The position numbers were made by a program, and so were the translations under genes. Shown here in pieces: positions 1 to 6,809 of a stretch of DNA of 10,606 nucleotides (position 1 is its first letter; each line of letters starts with the position of its first letter). The notes under the pieces were generated by a model. That model searched no databases, was not told the DNA's origin, and was given only the letters and a program-made list of their open reading frames with translations. The stretch lies in IMG/VR virus record IMGVR_UViG_2663762810_000005, positions 1 to 10,606 of that record, one strand, 5' to 3'. This DNA comes from a virus. Its lineage: Duplodnaviria > Heunggongvirae > Uroviricota > Caudoviricetes.

Positions 1-192
1 TCAGGAGCATTTCTGATTAACGCCACCGTTAAGAATCCACCCTTCAACAGCTTCACGAAGGTATGATTTGGGGTGGGTTCTGACTGGCTTCGGAAATCCG
101 TGCCGTTTGGTATAGTTCCAGATTGTCTGACGTGATGAAACACCGAGCTTGTTCATCACTTCTTTCTCAGGAATCAGGCTGGTATCGGTCAT
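1..192 (-). CDS. xis: Excisionase-like small HTH DNA-binding protein (Xis/AlpA-type)
   Basis: 63 aa; ATG at 192 with GGAG 7 nt upstream; stop at 1..3. Basic HTH-like segment (VSSRQTIWNYTKRHGFPKP); position at the far end of the leftward operon is where lambdoid xis lies. Confidence 0.5.
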   Translation of the reverse strand: MTDTSLIPEKEVMNKLGVSSRQTIWNYTKRHGFPKPVRTHPKSYLREAVEGWILNGGVNQKCS

Positions 193-206
193 CTTAATTC
201 TCCAGG

Positions 207-232
207 CAAAAATAAACCGCCATATAGCGGCT
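207..232 (-). terminator. Putative intrinsic terminator (weak hairpin plus T-run on minus strand)
   Basis: Minus-strand agccgctatatggcggtt hairpin (about 6 bp with wobbles) followed by tatttttg. Confidence 0.3.
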
Positions 233-292
233 CTATCAGATATGTACAGGCCTCATCGAGTGTGAGGCGGTGTGATTTCTTTATTTCCACTC

Positions 293-508
293 TTAATGTT
301 TGTCAGTGAATGGTTTCTCCATCTCCATTAATGCCTTATTCATCTCATTTCGTAACTCTATAGCCATCCTGACGGCTTCAACCTGTGCAGGATGTCGGTT
401 AATTGCTGGAGAATATCGTCGGGAGCGAAGGATTGAGAAAACAAAGATAATGCAAGCAACTATCTGAATTGCATTGCATATTATTGAGACAATGTGAATT
501 GCAGCCAT
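293..508 (-). CDS. Hypothetical small protein with N-terminal hydrophobic helix
   Basis: 71 aa ORF with ATG at 508; N-terminal IHIVSIICNAIQIVACIIFVFSIL then basic stretch. Weak SD; it starts immediately after an intrinsic terminator, so expression would need antiterminated read-through. Confidence 0.3.
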   Translation of the reverse strand: MAAIHIVSIICNAIQIVACIIFVFSILRSRRYSPAINRHPAQVEAVRMAIELRNEMNKALMEMEKPFTDKH

Positions 509-518
509 CTACTACCCC

Positions 519-540
519 AAAAAAAACCGCCATCAGGCGG
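519..540 (-). terminator. Intrinsic terminator, minus strand
   Basis: Minus-strand hairpin ccgcc-tgat-ggcgg followed by T8 (A-run 519..526 on + strand). The stop codon of the 533..700 ORF sits in the loop. Confidence 0.5.
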
Positions 541-700
541 CTTGGTGTTCTTTCAGTTCTTCAATTCGAATATTGGTTACGTCTGCATGCGCTATCTGCG
601 CCCATATCATCCAGTGGTCGTAGCAGTCGTTGATGTTCTCCGCTTCGATAACTCTGTTGAATGGCTCTCCATTCCATTCTCCTGTGACTCGGAAGTGCAT
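533..700 (-). CDS. Hypothetical small protein (55 aa), below the ORF-track length cutoff
   Basis: Hand-translated: MHFRVTGEWNGEPFNRVIEAENINDCYDHWMIWAQIAHADVTNIRIEELKEHQAA. ATG at 700 with GGAG 7 nt upstream; ends inside the terminator hairpin. Confidence 0.35.
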   Translation of the reverse strand: MHFRVTGEWNGEPFNRVIEAENINDCYDHWMIWAQIAHADVTNIRIEELKEHQAA

Positions 701-780
701 TTATCATCTCCATAAAACAAAACTCGCCGTAGCGAGTTCAGATAAAAGAAATCCATCAATTGGTTAGGGTTTTTGTAATT

Positions 781-972
781 TTACGAATTATGTTGTTTTT
801 TAGCTTCAGCTTTCCATTCATCAAAGGCAGTGTCTTTGTTCATGGTGCTGATATTGATCTTACGGTCAATATCATATACACGCCACTCACCGTTAGGCCT
901 CTCTTCGCATCTAACTAAGTATGAATTGCCATTAATATCTATGCGTCTGTCTATTTGCATGAACATTTTCAA
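781..972 (-). CDS. Hypothetical small protein (63 aa)
   Basis: ORF in an AT-rich stretch; the track start is a TTG at 972 (AGAGGA 8 nt upstream), with alternative ATGs at 966 and 960. No recognisable family. Confidence 0.4.
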   Translation of the reverse strand: MKMFMQIDRRIDINGNSYLVRCEERPNGEWRVYDIDRKINISTMNKDTAFDEWKAEAKKQHNS

Positions 973-1086
973 TTTTCTAATCCTCTTTAATATGCATTTT
1001 TTTTTGCTATTTCAGTAGTTTACTATTGATGAGGCATTATTATACACACTTCATTAATGCAAGCATCTTTATGCTATGCTACTAAT

Positions 1087-1368
1087 TTAGCAATTGATAT
1101 TCACCTTTATCGCGAATACCGTTACCGGTTTATCGCCGAAGTGCGGATGTGTGATTGTCTTGATTTCATATCCGTCATACGGGACGTCAATTCTGCGGCT
1201 GGAATCGTCGCGCTTCGGATATCCCTTTGTGATAATCAGGCGGTCATACTTACGATTAACGAGGCGTTTATTCCAGTAGTCATTGCACAGGCGATACTCT
1301 TCCGTTTTCTCCCCGCGAATCATGGCGTCGAAGTATTCACCTTTGACGGCAAGTTGCAGGTTAGCCAC
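1087..1368 (-). CDS. Hypothetical phage protein (93 aa); possible ASCH/PUA-like fold, unverified
   Basis: GTG start at 1368 preceded by AAGGAGG at 6 nt; overlaps the stop of the upstream gene. The fold guess rests only on the N-terminal pattern (KGEYFDAMIRGEKTEEYR). Confidence 0.5.
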   Translation of the reverse strand: MANLQLAVKGEYFDAMIRGEKTEEYRLCNDYWNKRLVNRKYDRLIITKGYPKRDDSSRRIDVPYDGYEIKTITHPHFGDKPVTVFAIKVNINC

Positions 1369-1645
1369 GACCTTCCTCCTTTGGCTTGTGAATTTGTATC
1401 GTCATGCCGCTTTGAGTGGTGACTACAATGACAGAACCAGGCTGAAGGCTGTTAAGATTGAATGCTTCGTAAAACGAATCCAAGGCCAGTGCTTTTTTAT
1501 TCTTTCGGTTCCACCAACGCCATCCCCTGCTACAGGCTACACTGACAATCCACTGTCCACTCCTGTAAGCCATATAAAACCAGATGAGCAAAACCTGAAG
1601 GAATGCTATCCAGTCAATAATCGTATATTTCGCGAAGGAGTCCAT
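1361..1645 (-). CDS. Hypothetical small membrane protein (94 aa)
   Basis: ATG at 1645 (the track's GTG at 1648 is one codon upstream) with GGAGGTGA SD; TGATG overlap with the lar-like stop. Hydrophobic helix IIDWIAFLQVLLIWFYMAY. Confidence 0.5.
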   Translation of the reverse strand: MDSFAKYTIIDWIAFLQVLLIWFYMAYRSGQWIVSVACSRGWRWWNRKNKKALALDSFYEAFNLNSLQPGSVIVVTTQSGMTIQIHKPKEEGRG

Positions 1646-1941
1646 CACTTCACCTCCTGCGGAGTAGCCTTTACAAGCACTGGTGTAAATCCATCTTCAT
1701 TAAGGTTATGAATATAGACTTCTGTTCTCCTGCGCTCTTCAACGTTTAATATTGTTTCTGGATCATAAACCCATACTTTCATTCGACTATTCCATGAAGA
1801 AATCGCTTCAGATCTAGTTCGTTTTTCTGGTCCTTGGGCACCACATTTGCATGACACATAGCGCATTTTCCCTCTGATACTGAATGAGTATCCGATGTTA
1901 AGCACAGTGGAACCACAGAATGGGCAGCGATATAGATTCAT
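1645..1941 (-). CDS. lar: Lar-family restriction alleviation protein
   Basis: 98 aa; N-terminal CPFCG, second Cys pair (CKCGAQGP) and EAISSWNSR match the recalled Lar-family pattern. ATGA overlap with the upstream gene stop. Confidence 0.65.
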   Translation of the reverse strand: MNLYRCPFCGSTVLNIGYSFSIRGKMRYVSCKCGAQGPEKRTRSEAISSWNSRMKVWVYDPETILNVEERRRTEVYIHNLNEDGFTPVLVKATPQEVK

Positions 1942-2471
1942 AAATCATCCACCTTAGGCGCAGCTGAGACAGCAACATTCCAGAACTCAGAAAACATATT
2001 GTATGCACCAGATAGATTGGAAGTGGCATACCCTCCAAGCTCACTTCTAATCTGAACGGCTCTCATCATTTCCGGTGTTAACTCCTTCGGCACTATAACC
2101 CAACCATCCGGAGTTACCGGAGAGTTGCCCGATGGCTCGTTCAACTTGCAAGTTTGGCTTACAGGTTCGGCTTCCAGTTCTGCTATGCGCTTTTTTGCTG
2201 CTTCCAGCTCGCCAAGCAGCGCCAAGACGGTAGCCGGATTGGCTGCGGCGATGAATTCAGCATTGGCCTGCTGTTCCATTTGGAAATCTTCATCGAAACC
2301 GCTTTCTGGATGCGCTCCCTCAATTCTGCAAATGGGAATATATCCAGCAACTTCACGATGAATTAGCGCATCATCACCATCAAATCGGTCCTCTCCATAT
2401 TCGAGCGACCACACACCACACGTTGCTTTCTCTGCCTTTTCACGCAGTGCCTGATAGTCAATCTTGCTCAT
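1938..2471 (-). CDS. Ea22-like prophage protein
   Basis: 177 aa; contains ANPATVLALLGELEAAKKRIAELEA, a coiled-coil motif recalled from Ea22-like proteins of enterobacterial prophages. Confidence 0.6.
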   Translation of the reverse strand: MSKIDYQALREKAEKATCGVWSLEYGEDRFDGDDALIHREVAGYIPICRIEGAHPESGFDEDFQMEQQANAEFIAAANPATVLALLGELEAAKKRIAELEAEPVSQTCKLNEPSGNSPVTPDGWVIVPKELTPEMMRAVQIRSELGGYATSNLSGAYNMFSEFWNVAVSAAPKVDDL

Positions 2472-2472
2472 G

Positions 2473-2772
2473 TCACATCACCCTGAATCCATTGCATTTA
2501 CGTAAAAAATCGCAGATATAGCCCTTCATTTTTTCATGCCAATCTCGATCATTCCCATTGCACCAACCATCAGGTGGAGTCCAGTTTTCTATCAGAGCAG
2601 CAATTTTCTTTGCTTTCGCCGGAGTAGCTGTTGCGGTATCGCAGTAATGACGAGTGTCAACAAACTTATCCATACCATCGATATCAAGTACGCAAAACCA
2701 TGTGTGATTCGGCATTTCAACAGATGGTATTTGTTGCCCACGTCGACGTTTATCAATAAGACATACAGTCAC
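2473..2772 (-). CDS. Hypothetical phage protein (about 99 aa)
   Basis: The track ORF 2473..2793 starts at a GTG; a better start is the GTG at 2772 preceded by AAGGAGG at 6 nt, with GTGA overlap to the upstream small ORF. Several Cys/His residues. Confidence 0.5.
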   Translation of the reverse strand: MTVCLIDKRRRGQQIPSVEMPNHTWFCVLDIDGMDKFVDTRHYCDTATATPAKAKKIAALIENWTPPDGWCNGNDRDWHEKMKGYICDFLRKCNGFRVM

Positions 2773-2936
2773 TGGTTGCCTCCTTTGCGCCACATCGCAT
2801 TCAGATATTTGTTGTCATTAACAGAACCGAAACTATTTCTCTTAAGCAATTCCTCTCTCGATGGCATTGGCTTTACGCGTTGGCGAATAATCATTTCTGC
2901 CGGAAGAATGCCGGGATTGTATGCAAGTCCTCTCAT
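2769..2936 (-). CDS. Hypothetical small protein (55 aa), translationally coupled
   Basis: Hand-translated: [59 protein letters not shown] overlap with the upstream stop; GGAGAG SD. Confidence 0.35.
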   Translation of the reverse strand: MRGLAYNPGILPAEMIIRQRVKPMPSREELLKRNSFGSVNDNKYLNAMWRKGGNQ

Positions 2937-3223
2937 GATTTACTCTCCACGAACTGGTCAATAGCCATGCTAAGTGACATACCTAAAGTTTCGATATGTT
3001 GCTGAATATCCTGTAGCGTCTGCGCCTGAGATAACAGGATTTCACGGTTGCATAACTCTTTGACCAGATGCTCAAACTTGCTGTAATAACCGATACGGCT
3101 TAGTGTTTCTTTCCCTGCATTCTCACCTTCTTTGATAATTCCTCTTTCACTAAGAATCAGGTCGTGTTTGGTTCCGGTAATAACGTATTTTCCGAGGTCG
3201 ATGTTTAGCTTCATTGTTTTCAT
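2933..3223 (-). CDS. Hypothetical phage protein (96 aa)
   Basis: Track ORF 2933..3376 trimmed to the ATG at 3223 (GAGGAA SD 6 nt upstream), which lies just after the stop of the 3234..3530 gene. Confidence 0.5.
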   Translation of the reverse strand: MKTMKLNIDLGKYVITGTKHDLILSERGIIKEGENAGKETLSRIGYYSKFEHLVKELCNREILLSQAQTLQDIQQHIETLGMSLSMAIDQFVESKS

Positions 3224-3233
3224 TGTTAATTCC

Positions 3234-3530
3234 TCAGTCATTACTGATAGCGCCATAGCGTGAGCGGTAATTACGCAGGCGCGGGTCGATATATTCAGGG
3301 AAGTGGGTATATGTGGCTTTGCGGAATGGTCGGATTGATGTCTGGTAAATTCGCTCGCGTTCTTCTTTCTCTGCAAGCCATATACAGTGGCGAAATTCCT
3401 TTTCCTCTTTCGTTTCCTGCGGTAGAGACATTATTCGATCGTAGTTTTTTCTGAATTTATCCAGCACCTCCGATACGGAATTGCCGGAACAGCGGCGCGC
3501 GTCATCCGCACCATACAGAGGCGCTGGCAT
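3234..3530 (-). CDS. Hypothetical phage protein (98 aa)
   Basis: ATG at 3530 with GGAG SD; 13 nt downstream of the ssb stop. Confidence 0.5.
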   Translation of the reverse strand: MPAPLYGADDARRCSGNSVSEVLDKFRKNYDRIMSLPQETKEEKEFRHCIWLAEKEERERIYQTSIRPFRKATYTHFPEYIDPRLRNYRSRYGAISND

Positions 3531-3543
3531 GATTTTCTCCTGA

Positions 3544-4059
3544 TTAAATTGCGTGAATAGCGTGACGAGGGAAGGGGAGAGTTACTGGTGCAAAGGGTAT
3601 ATCGTCGTCAAAATCCATAGGTGGTTCGCTGTGATTCCCTTGCTGCTGAGGTTGCTGTCTTTGTTGCTGACCGTCATTTCGCTGAGGTGAAGACTGTTCA
3701 TTGCCTCCTTGCTTGCCACCAAGCATTTGCATGGTTCCACCAACGCCCACGATGACTTCGGTAGTGAACCGATCCTGTCCGCTTTGATCCTGCCATTTTC
3801 TTGTCCGCAATTTTCCTTCAAGATAAACCTCAGAGCCTTTTCGCAGATATTCGCTGGCAATTTCTGCCAGTTTTCCGCTCATTACCACGCGGTGCCACTC
3901 CGTCTGCTCCTTTTGCTCTCCAGTTTGCTTATCACGCCATTGTTCTGACGTAGCAACTGTAAGGTTTGCAAATGCCGTTCCTGATGGTGAATATCTGATT
4001 TCTGGATCATGCCCAAGGCGACCAATAATGATCACCTTATTTACGCCTCTGCTTGCCAT
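3544..4059 (-). CDS. ssb: Single-stranded DNA-binding protein (SSB) with a 15-aa extension beyond the acidic DDDIPF tip
   Basis: 171 aa; N-terminal [18 protein letters not shown]-fold start, Gly/Gln-rich linker, MDFDDDIPF motif, then [15 protein letters not shown] before the stop. Start abuts the upstream stop (TAAATG). Confidence 0.85.
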   Translation of the reverse strand: MASRGVNKVIIIGRLGHDPEIRYSPSGTAFANLTVATSEQWRDKQTGEQKEQTEWHRVVMSGKLAEIASEYLRKGSEVYLEGKLRTRKWQDQSGQDRFTTEVIVGVGGTMQMLGGKQGGNEQSSPQRNDGQQQRQQPQQQGNHSEPPMDFDDDIPFAPVTLPFPRHAIHAI

Positions 4060-4767
4060 TTATGCCGCCTGTTTTAGTTCGTTAACTCTGATGTTCATTA
4101 CCTGAACGCATTTAGCCTGCGCATCCTCATTGCCAGCCATTAATTGCCAGTCATGCTGATAACGTTCGATGAGTTTTTTCTTGTCAGTTTCTGTCGACGC
4201 ATAATCGCTGAAGTCTTTCAGGATTTGTTCGCAGTCAACCGATGGAGATTTCTGGTTGGTATTTTCTGGTGATGGTTTGTTATCTGATACTGGCATTGCC
4301 CAGCCCGGCAGCGATGGAGGGAGCCAGTAAAATCCTGTTCCATCCTTCAGTTTTGCCCTGTGCCATCCCTGCTTTTTATCGAGAGATGTTTGTGCGAAAC
4401 CTTCCTCAAGGTTATACAGATACCGACCGATTCCCCACTGAACGGCAGCACGCTTCATTGCACCTGAACGACCACCTTTGACGGCTTCTACCTGCGTGTT
4501 TTCAGCAGCATCCCATTTGGTTACCCATTCGGAATCAATCCTGATTGATATGCCGCATTCAACGCCTCCGTTGTTGGGAATATCGCGGTATTCATTGCGC
4601 CATCCTGCTTTGCCGCAAACATCGTCCAGGCGTTTCATGATTGCCCTGTTCGTGACATAAGCCAGCACCATAGCCCACACCTTGCCATCGCGTGTTTTAC
4701 CGCTTTGCTGTATTCGCCATTCGATATCTTCAGGGCTGAATGGCTCATCGAATTTGTTCAAATCCAT
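4060..4767 (-). CDS. Rad52/Sak-type single-strand annealing protein (phage recombinase)
   Basis: 235 aa; EDIEWR and AAVQWGIGRYLYNLE motifs recalled from Rad52/22-family annealing proteins. Sits directly upstream of ssb, a typical annealing-protein plus SSB module. Confidence 0.65.
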   Translation of the reverse strand: MDLNKFDEPFSPEDIEWRIQQSGKTRDGKVWAMVLAYVTNRAIMKRLDDVCGKAGWRNEYRDIPNNGGVECGISIRIDSEWVTKWDAAENTQVEAVKGGRSGAMKRAAVQWGIGRYLYNLEEGFAQTSLDKKQGWHRAKLKDGTGFYWLPPSLPGWAMPVSDNKPSPENTNQKSPSVDCEQILKDFSDYASTETDKKKLIERYQHDWQLMAGNEDAQAKCVQVMNIRVNELKQAA

Positions 4768-4775
4768 AATTCACC

Positions 4776-4946
4776 TCAGAATGGACACGGCCCAAGGAAA
4801 TAACGCTGATTTAATACTTCGACTCGGGACAAATTAAGGCATACCCGCATTCCTTCGCGGTCGCCATTATGGCGATACCAGAGAGCTTTCTGCGTGTACA
4901 TGCGTCTCTGTAACTTGCTCTCCTTCACTGTGGTTGCAAGTGACAT
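4776..4946 (-). CDS. Hypothetical small basic protein (56 aa); alternative to the 4867..5025 ORF
   Basis: ATG at 4946 with AGGAG and 6-nt spacer; hand translation MSLATTVKESKLQRRMYTQKALWYRHNGDREGMRVCLNLSRVEVLNQRYFLGPCPF. Overlaps the other candidate in a different frame, so at most one is likely real. Confidence 0.3.
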   Translation of the reverse strand: MSLATTVKESKLQRRMYTQKALWYRHNGDREGMRVCLNLSRVEVLNQRYFLGPCPF

Positions 4947-5025
4947 GAATATCTCCTTCGTTACCGATTAATTCTTTCATCTGACGAATGAATTCTTCGT
5001 CTGACCAGTTATCTGTAAAACTCAT
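4867..5025 (-). CDS. Hypothetical small acidic protein (52 aa); alternative to the 4776..4946 ORF
   Basis: ATGA start/stop overlap with kil; hand translation MSFTDNWSDEEFIRQMKELIGNEGDIHVTCNHSEGEQVTETHVHAESSLVSP. Confidence 0.3.
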   Translation of the reverse strand: MSFTDNWSDEEFIRQMKELIGNEGDIHVTCNHSEGEQVTETHVHAESSLVSP

Positions 5026-5174
5026 TTCCTGCGATACCACGGAAGGTTGATAGCTGATTTCATCGCTTTATTTGCTTCAAGCCACATTTTTGAATCACCA
5101 ATAAATCGGGCTATTACTGCTTTGTTTTGTGCCGCACGAAGCATCTGGTGATTAATGGCTATTTCATTGCGCAT
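5022..5174 (-). CDS. kil: Kil-like protein (host cell-division inhibitor)
   Basis: 50 aa, hand-translated: MRNEIAINHQMLRAAQNKAVIARFIGDSKMWLEANKAMKSAINLPWYRRK. Core IARFIGDSKMW resembles the recalled lambda Kil IATFIGDEKMF; lies just after cIII as in lambda. GGAG SD. Confidence 0.5.
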   Translation of the reverse strand: MRNEIAINHQMLRAAQNKAVIARFIGDSKMWLEANKAMKSAINLPWYRRK

Positions 5175-5293
5175 AACGTCTCCAGTTGTTTCTTTGCTGC
5201 TCTGATTAATTGTTTAACTCGGCGTGATAATTCAGATTCGTGCGGGTAGAAAGCGGACATGACGCCGCTACCCGCGAGCTGAAAGTGCATCAT
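5159..5293 (-). CDS. cIII: cIII-like protein (FtsH/HflB inhibitor)
   Basis: 44 aa from the ATG at 5293 (AAGGAG 6 nt upstream), inside track ORF 5159..5398. MMHFQLAGSGVMSAFYPHESELSRRVKQLIRAAKKQLETL parallels the lambda cIII central helix (PSESLLERITRKLRDGWKRLIDIL). Confidence 0.55.
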   Translation of the reverse strand: MMHFQLAGSGVMSAFYPHESELSRRVKQLIRAAKKQLETLCAMK

Positions 5294-5357
5294 GGGTAAC
5301 TCCTTATATTTGATTGCATAACGAAAACGCCTCGAGTGAAGCGTTATTGGTATGCAT

Positions 5358-5383
5358 ATAAAAAAGCCCTCACACCGGAGGGC
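5358..5383 (-). terminator. Intrinsic terminator, minus strand (ends the AT-rich cassette)
   Basis: Perfect 6-bp stem gccctc/gagggc with a 6-nt loop, followed on the minus strand by TTTTTT (A-run 5360..5365 on +). Confidence 0.5.
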
Positions 5384-5487
5384 AAAGAAGATTTCCAATA
5401 ATCAGAACAAGTCGGCTCCTGTTTAGTTACGAGCGACATTGCTCCGTGTATTCACTCGTTGGAATGAATACACAGTGCTTATTCGTA

Positions 5488-5958
5488 CTAATAAAATACC
5501 CAATTTTCTGTTTCTTGGTTGTGTCCAAAGTTATATTCAATATCTGGTGTTGATGTATCAATATTTTTCATCCCATCAACAAGAGTTGATACAACAGCCA
5601 AATCTTGTTTTATTCTCATTAAATGGTATTTCTTCCGGCGCAATAAACTTTCAATAGCAAGTTTCTTCGTTGGGAATGCAAAAGATCTTTCTGCATTTTT
5701 TGCTACTTTCTTAATTGCATATCTATTTCTCCTTTGTTTCCATTCCTGTAACCACTGATTTGGTGCTGGTTTAAAATTAACAATCCAATGCGCAGGAACC
5801 AACCATGCATAATGCTCTGTCTGATGAAAAGCTATATATTGAAGTGCGAATATTTTTATCCCATCTTCTTCAACTGTCGCCTGGAATCTCCAGAAAACAG
5901 GCATTCCATCATGTTCAGTTTCTGATTCAGGAAAAGGTACGCTCCATGATTTTGTCAT
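5488..5958 (-). CDS. Hypothetical protein (156 aa) in a low-GC island; candidate moron, exclusion or defence function
   Basis: Long ORF in a clearly AT-rich segment; GAGGTGAG SD before the ATG; Trp/Lys-rich with no recognisable motif. Occupies the N-to-cIII interval where lambda carries ral/sieB-type genes. Confidence 0.55.
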   Translation of the reverse strand: MTKSWSVPFPESETEHDGMPVFWRFQATVEEDGIKIFALQYIAFHQTEHYAWLVPAHWIVNFKPAPNQWLQEWKQRRNRYAIKKVAKNAERSFAFPTKKLAIESLLRRKKYHLMRIKQDLAVVSTLVDGMKNIDTSTPDIEYNFGHNQETENWVFY

Positions 5959-6012
5959 ATCTCACCTCAAATAAGTGGTTTGCTGCGAAAGTAAATACGC
6001 TTAAGTTACCTG

Positions 6013-6150
6013 TTATTTATCCCACCAAGTTCCGTATCTATCTATCCAGTTACACCAATCATCGACACTCCATTTTGTTGTGTCGCATTTTGGCAATTGG
6101 CATGAATATCTACCTTCTTTGTAAAGTCGGCGTTTGACTTTCTTGAGCAT
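6013..6150 (-). CDS. Hypothetical small Cys/Trp-rich protein (45 aa)
   Basis: Hand-translated: MLKKVKRRLYKEGRYSCQLPKCDTTKWSVDDWCNWIDRYGTWWDK. GAGGTGG SD immediately after the N stop; AT-rich. Confidence 0.35.
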   Translation of the reverse strand: MLKKVKRRLYKEGRYSCQLPKCDTTKWSVDDWCNWIDRYGTWWDK

Positions 6151-6157
6151 GACCACC

Positions 6158-6490
6158 TCAATCGTAATAAGCCGGAATTGATTTTCCGCGTTGCTTCTGG
6201 CGGCCTGAACAAGTCACACCCATTTCACTGCGTGGCTTGCGGTACCATGTGCGCTGATTCTTGCGCTCAATACGTTGCAGGTTGCTTTCAATCTGTTCGT
6301 GGTATTCAGCCAGCACCGTAAGGTCTATCGGATTCAGTGCGCTTTCTACTCGTGATTTCGGTTTGCGATTCAGCGAGAGAATAGGGCGGTTAACTGGTTT
6401 AGCGCTTACCCCAACCAACAGGGGATTTGCTGCTTTCCATTGAGCCTGTTTCTCTGCGCGACGTTCGCGGCGGCGTGTTTGTGCATCCAT
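6158..6490 (-). CDS. N: Antitermination protein N (lambda-type)
   Basis: From the ATG at 6490 the product begins MDAQTRRRERRAEKQAQWKAANPLLVGVSAKPVNRPILSLNRKPKSRVESALNPIDLTVLAEY, matching the recalled lambda N arginine-rich N-terminus. The track ORF extends 30 codons further upstream to an alternative start. Confidence 0.9.
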   Translation of the reverse strand: MDAQTRRRERRAEKQAQWKAANPLLVGVSAKPVNRPILSLNRKPKSRVESALNPIDLTVLAEYHEQIESNLQRIERKNQRTWYRKPRSEMGVTCSGRQKQRGKSIPAYYD

Positions 6491-6600
6491 CTGGATTCTC
6501 CTGTCAGTTAGCTTTGAGTAACGCGCCGTGATGCTTATCTCCACGGTTGCTGTCTTGCAGCTGCATTTCGCGCTACTCAAAGCTTTCTGCTTTGAATGCT

Positions 6601-6631
6601 GCCCTTCTTCAGGGCTTAATTTTTAAGAGCG
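6601..6631 (-). promoter_or_regulatory. nutL site (boxA plus boxB)
   Basis: Minus strand reads CGCTCTTAA-AAATTAA-GCCCTGAAGAAGGGC: boxA at 6623..6631, boxB hairpin at 6601..6615. Matches recalled lambda nutL and sits between pL and N. Confidence 0.85.
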
Positions 6632-6671
6632 TCACCTTCATGGTGGTTAGTGCGTCCTGCTGATGGCCTAA

Positions 6672-6700
6672 AATATACCTGCAGGTAAAACAGCTGTCTA
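6672..6700 (-). promoter_or_regulatory. pL promoter (leftward)
   Basis: Minus strand -35 TAGACA (6695..6700), 17-bp spacer, -10 TATATT (6672..6677). Operator palindromes overlap the spacer and -35 flank. Confidence 0.5.
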
Positions 6701-6712
6701 TACCTGTAGGTA
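6676..6712. promoter_or_regulatory. OL operators: two 12-bp palindromes
   Basis: TACCTGCAGGTA (6676..6687) and TACCTGTAGGTA (6701..6712), centres 25 bp apart. Same motif family as the three sites flanking the other side of cI. Confidence 0.55.
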
Positions 6713-6774
6713 AATAAAATTGATGTAAGAGTTTACCTGCTTGAATTTTCAGGTAATTAATTTTTTGGATTGAT

Positions 6775-6797
6775 ATAAAAAAGCCCGCTTTGCGGGC
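6775..6797 (-). terminator. Intrinsic terminator, minus strand, ending the cI transcript
   Basis: Perfect stem gcccgc/gcgggc with a 3-nt loop, followed on the minus strand by TTTTTT. Confidence 0.6.
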
Positions 6798-6809
6798 TGA
6801 AAGGAGATG

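Noticed and set aside
494-1711. Plus-strand track ORFs 494..715, 830..1018, 1057..1422, 1094..1279 and 1283..1711
   Set aside because: They run antisense to better-supported minus-strand genes with SD sequences and coupling, lack convincing ribosome-binding sites, and have low-complexity or hydrophobic translations typical of shadow ORFs.
2933-3376. Full-length 147-aa track ORF 2933..3376 as a single gene
   Set aside because: Its 5' part overlaps the 3' end of the 3234..3530 gene in another frame; an internal ATG at 3223 with a GAGGAA SD just after that gene's stop is the more plausible start.
2125-4660. Plus-strand track ORFs 2125..2361, 2154..2366, 2536..2964, 3260..3454, 3709..3948, 4242..4481, 4478..4660, and minus-strand 3582..3860
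   Set aside because: All lie inside or antisense to the Ea22-like, SSB and Rad52-like genes or their coupled neighbours; no independent start signals; the leftward operon is continuous.
5159-5398. Full-length 79-aa track ORF 5159..5398 as the cIII gene
   Set aside because: Only the C-terminal 44 aa resemble cIII, and an AAGGAG SD precedes the internal ATG at 5293; the upstream extension is probably untranslated leader.
5439-6137. Plus-strand track ORFs 5439..5657, 5519..5758 and 5805..6137 in the AT-rich island
   Set aside because: AT-rich DNA yields long spurious frames; these are antisense to the 156-aa and 45-aa minus-strand ORFs, which have SD sequences and fit the operon direction. Not fully excluded, since the island is foreign DNA.
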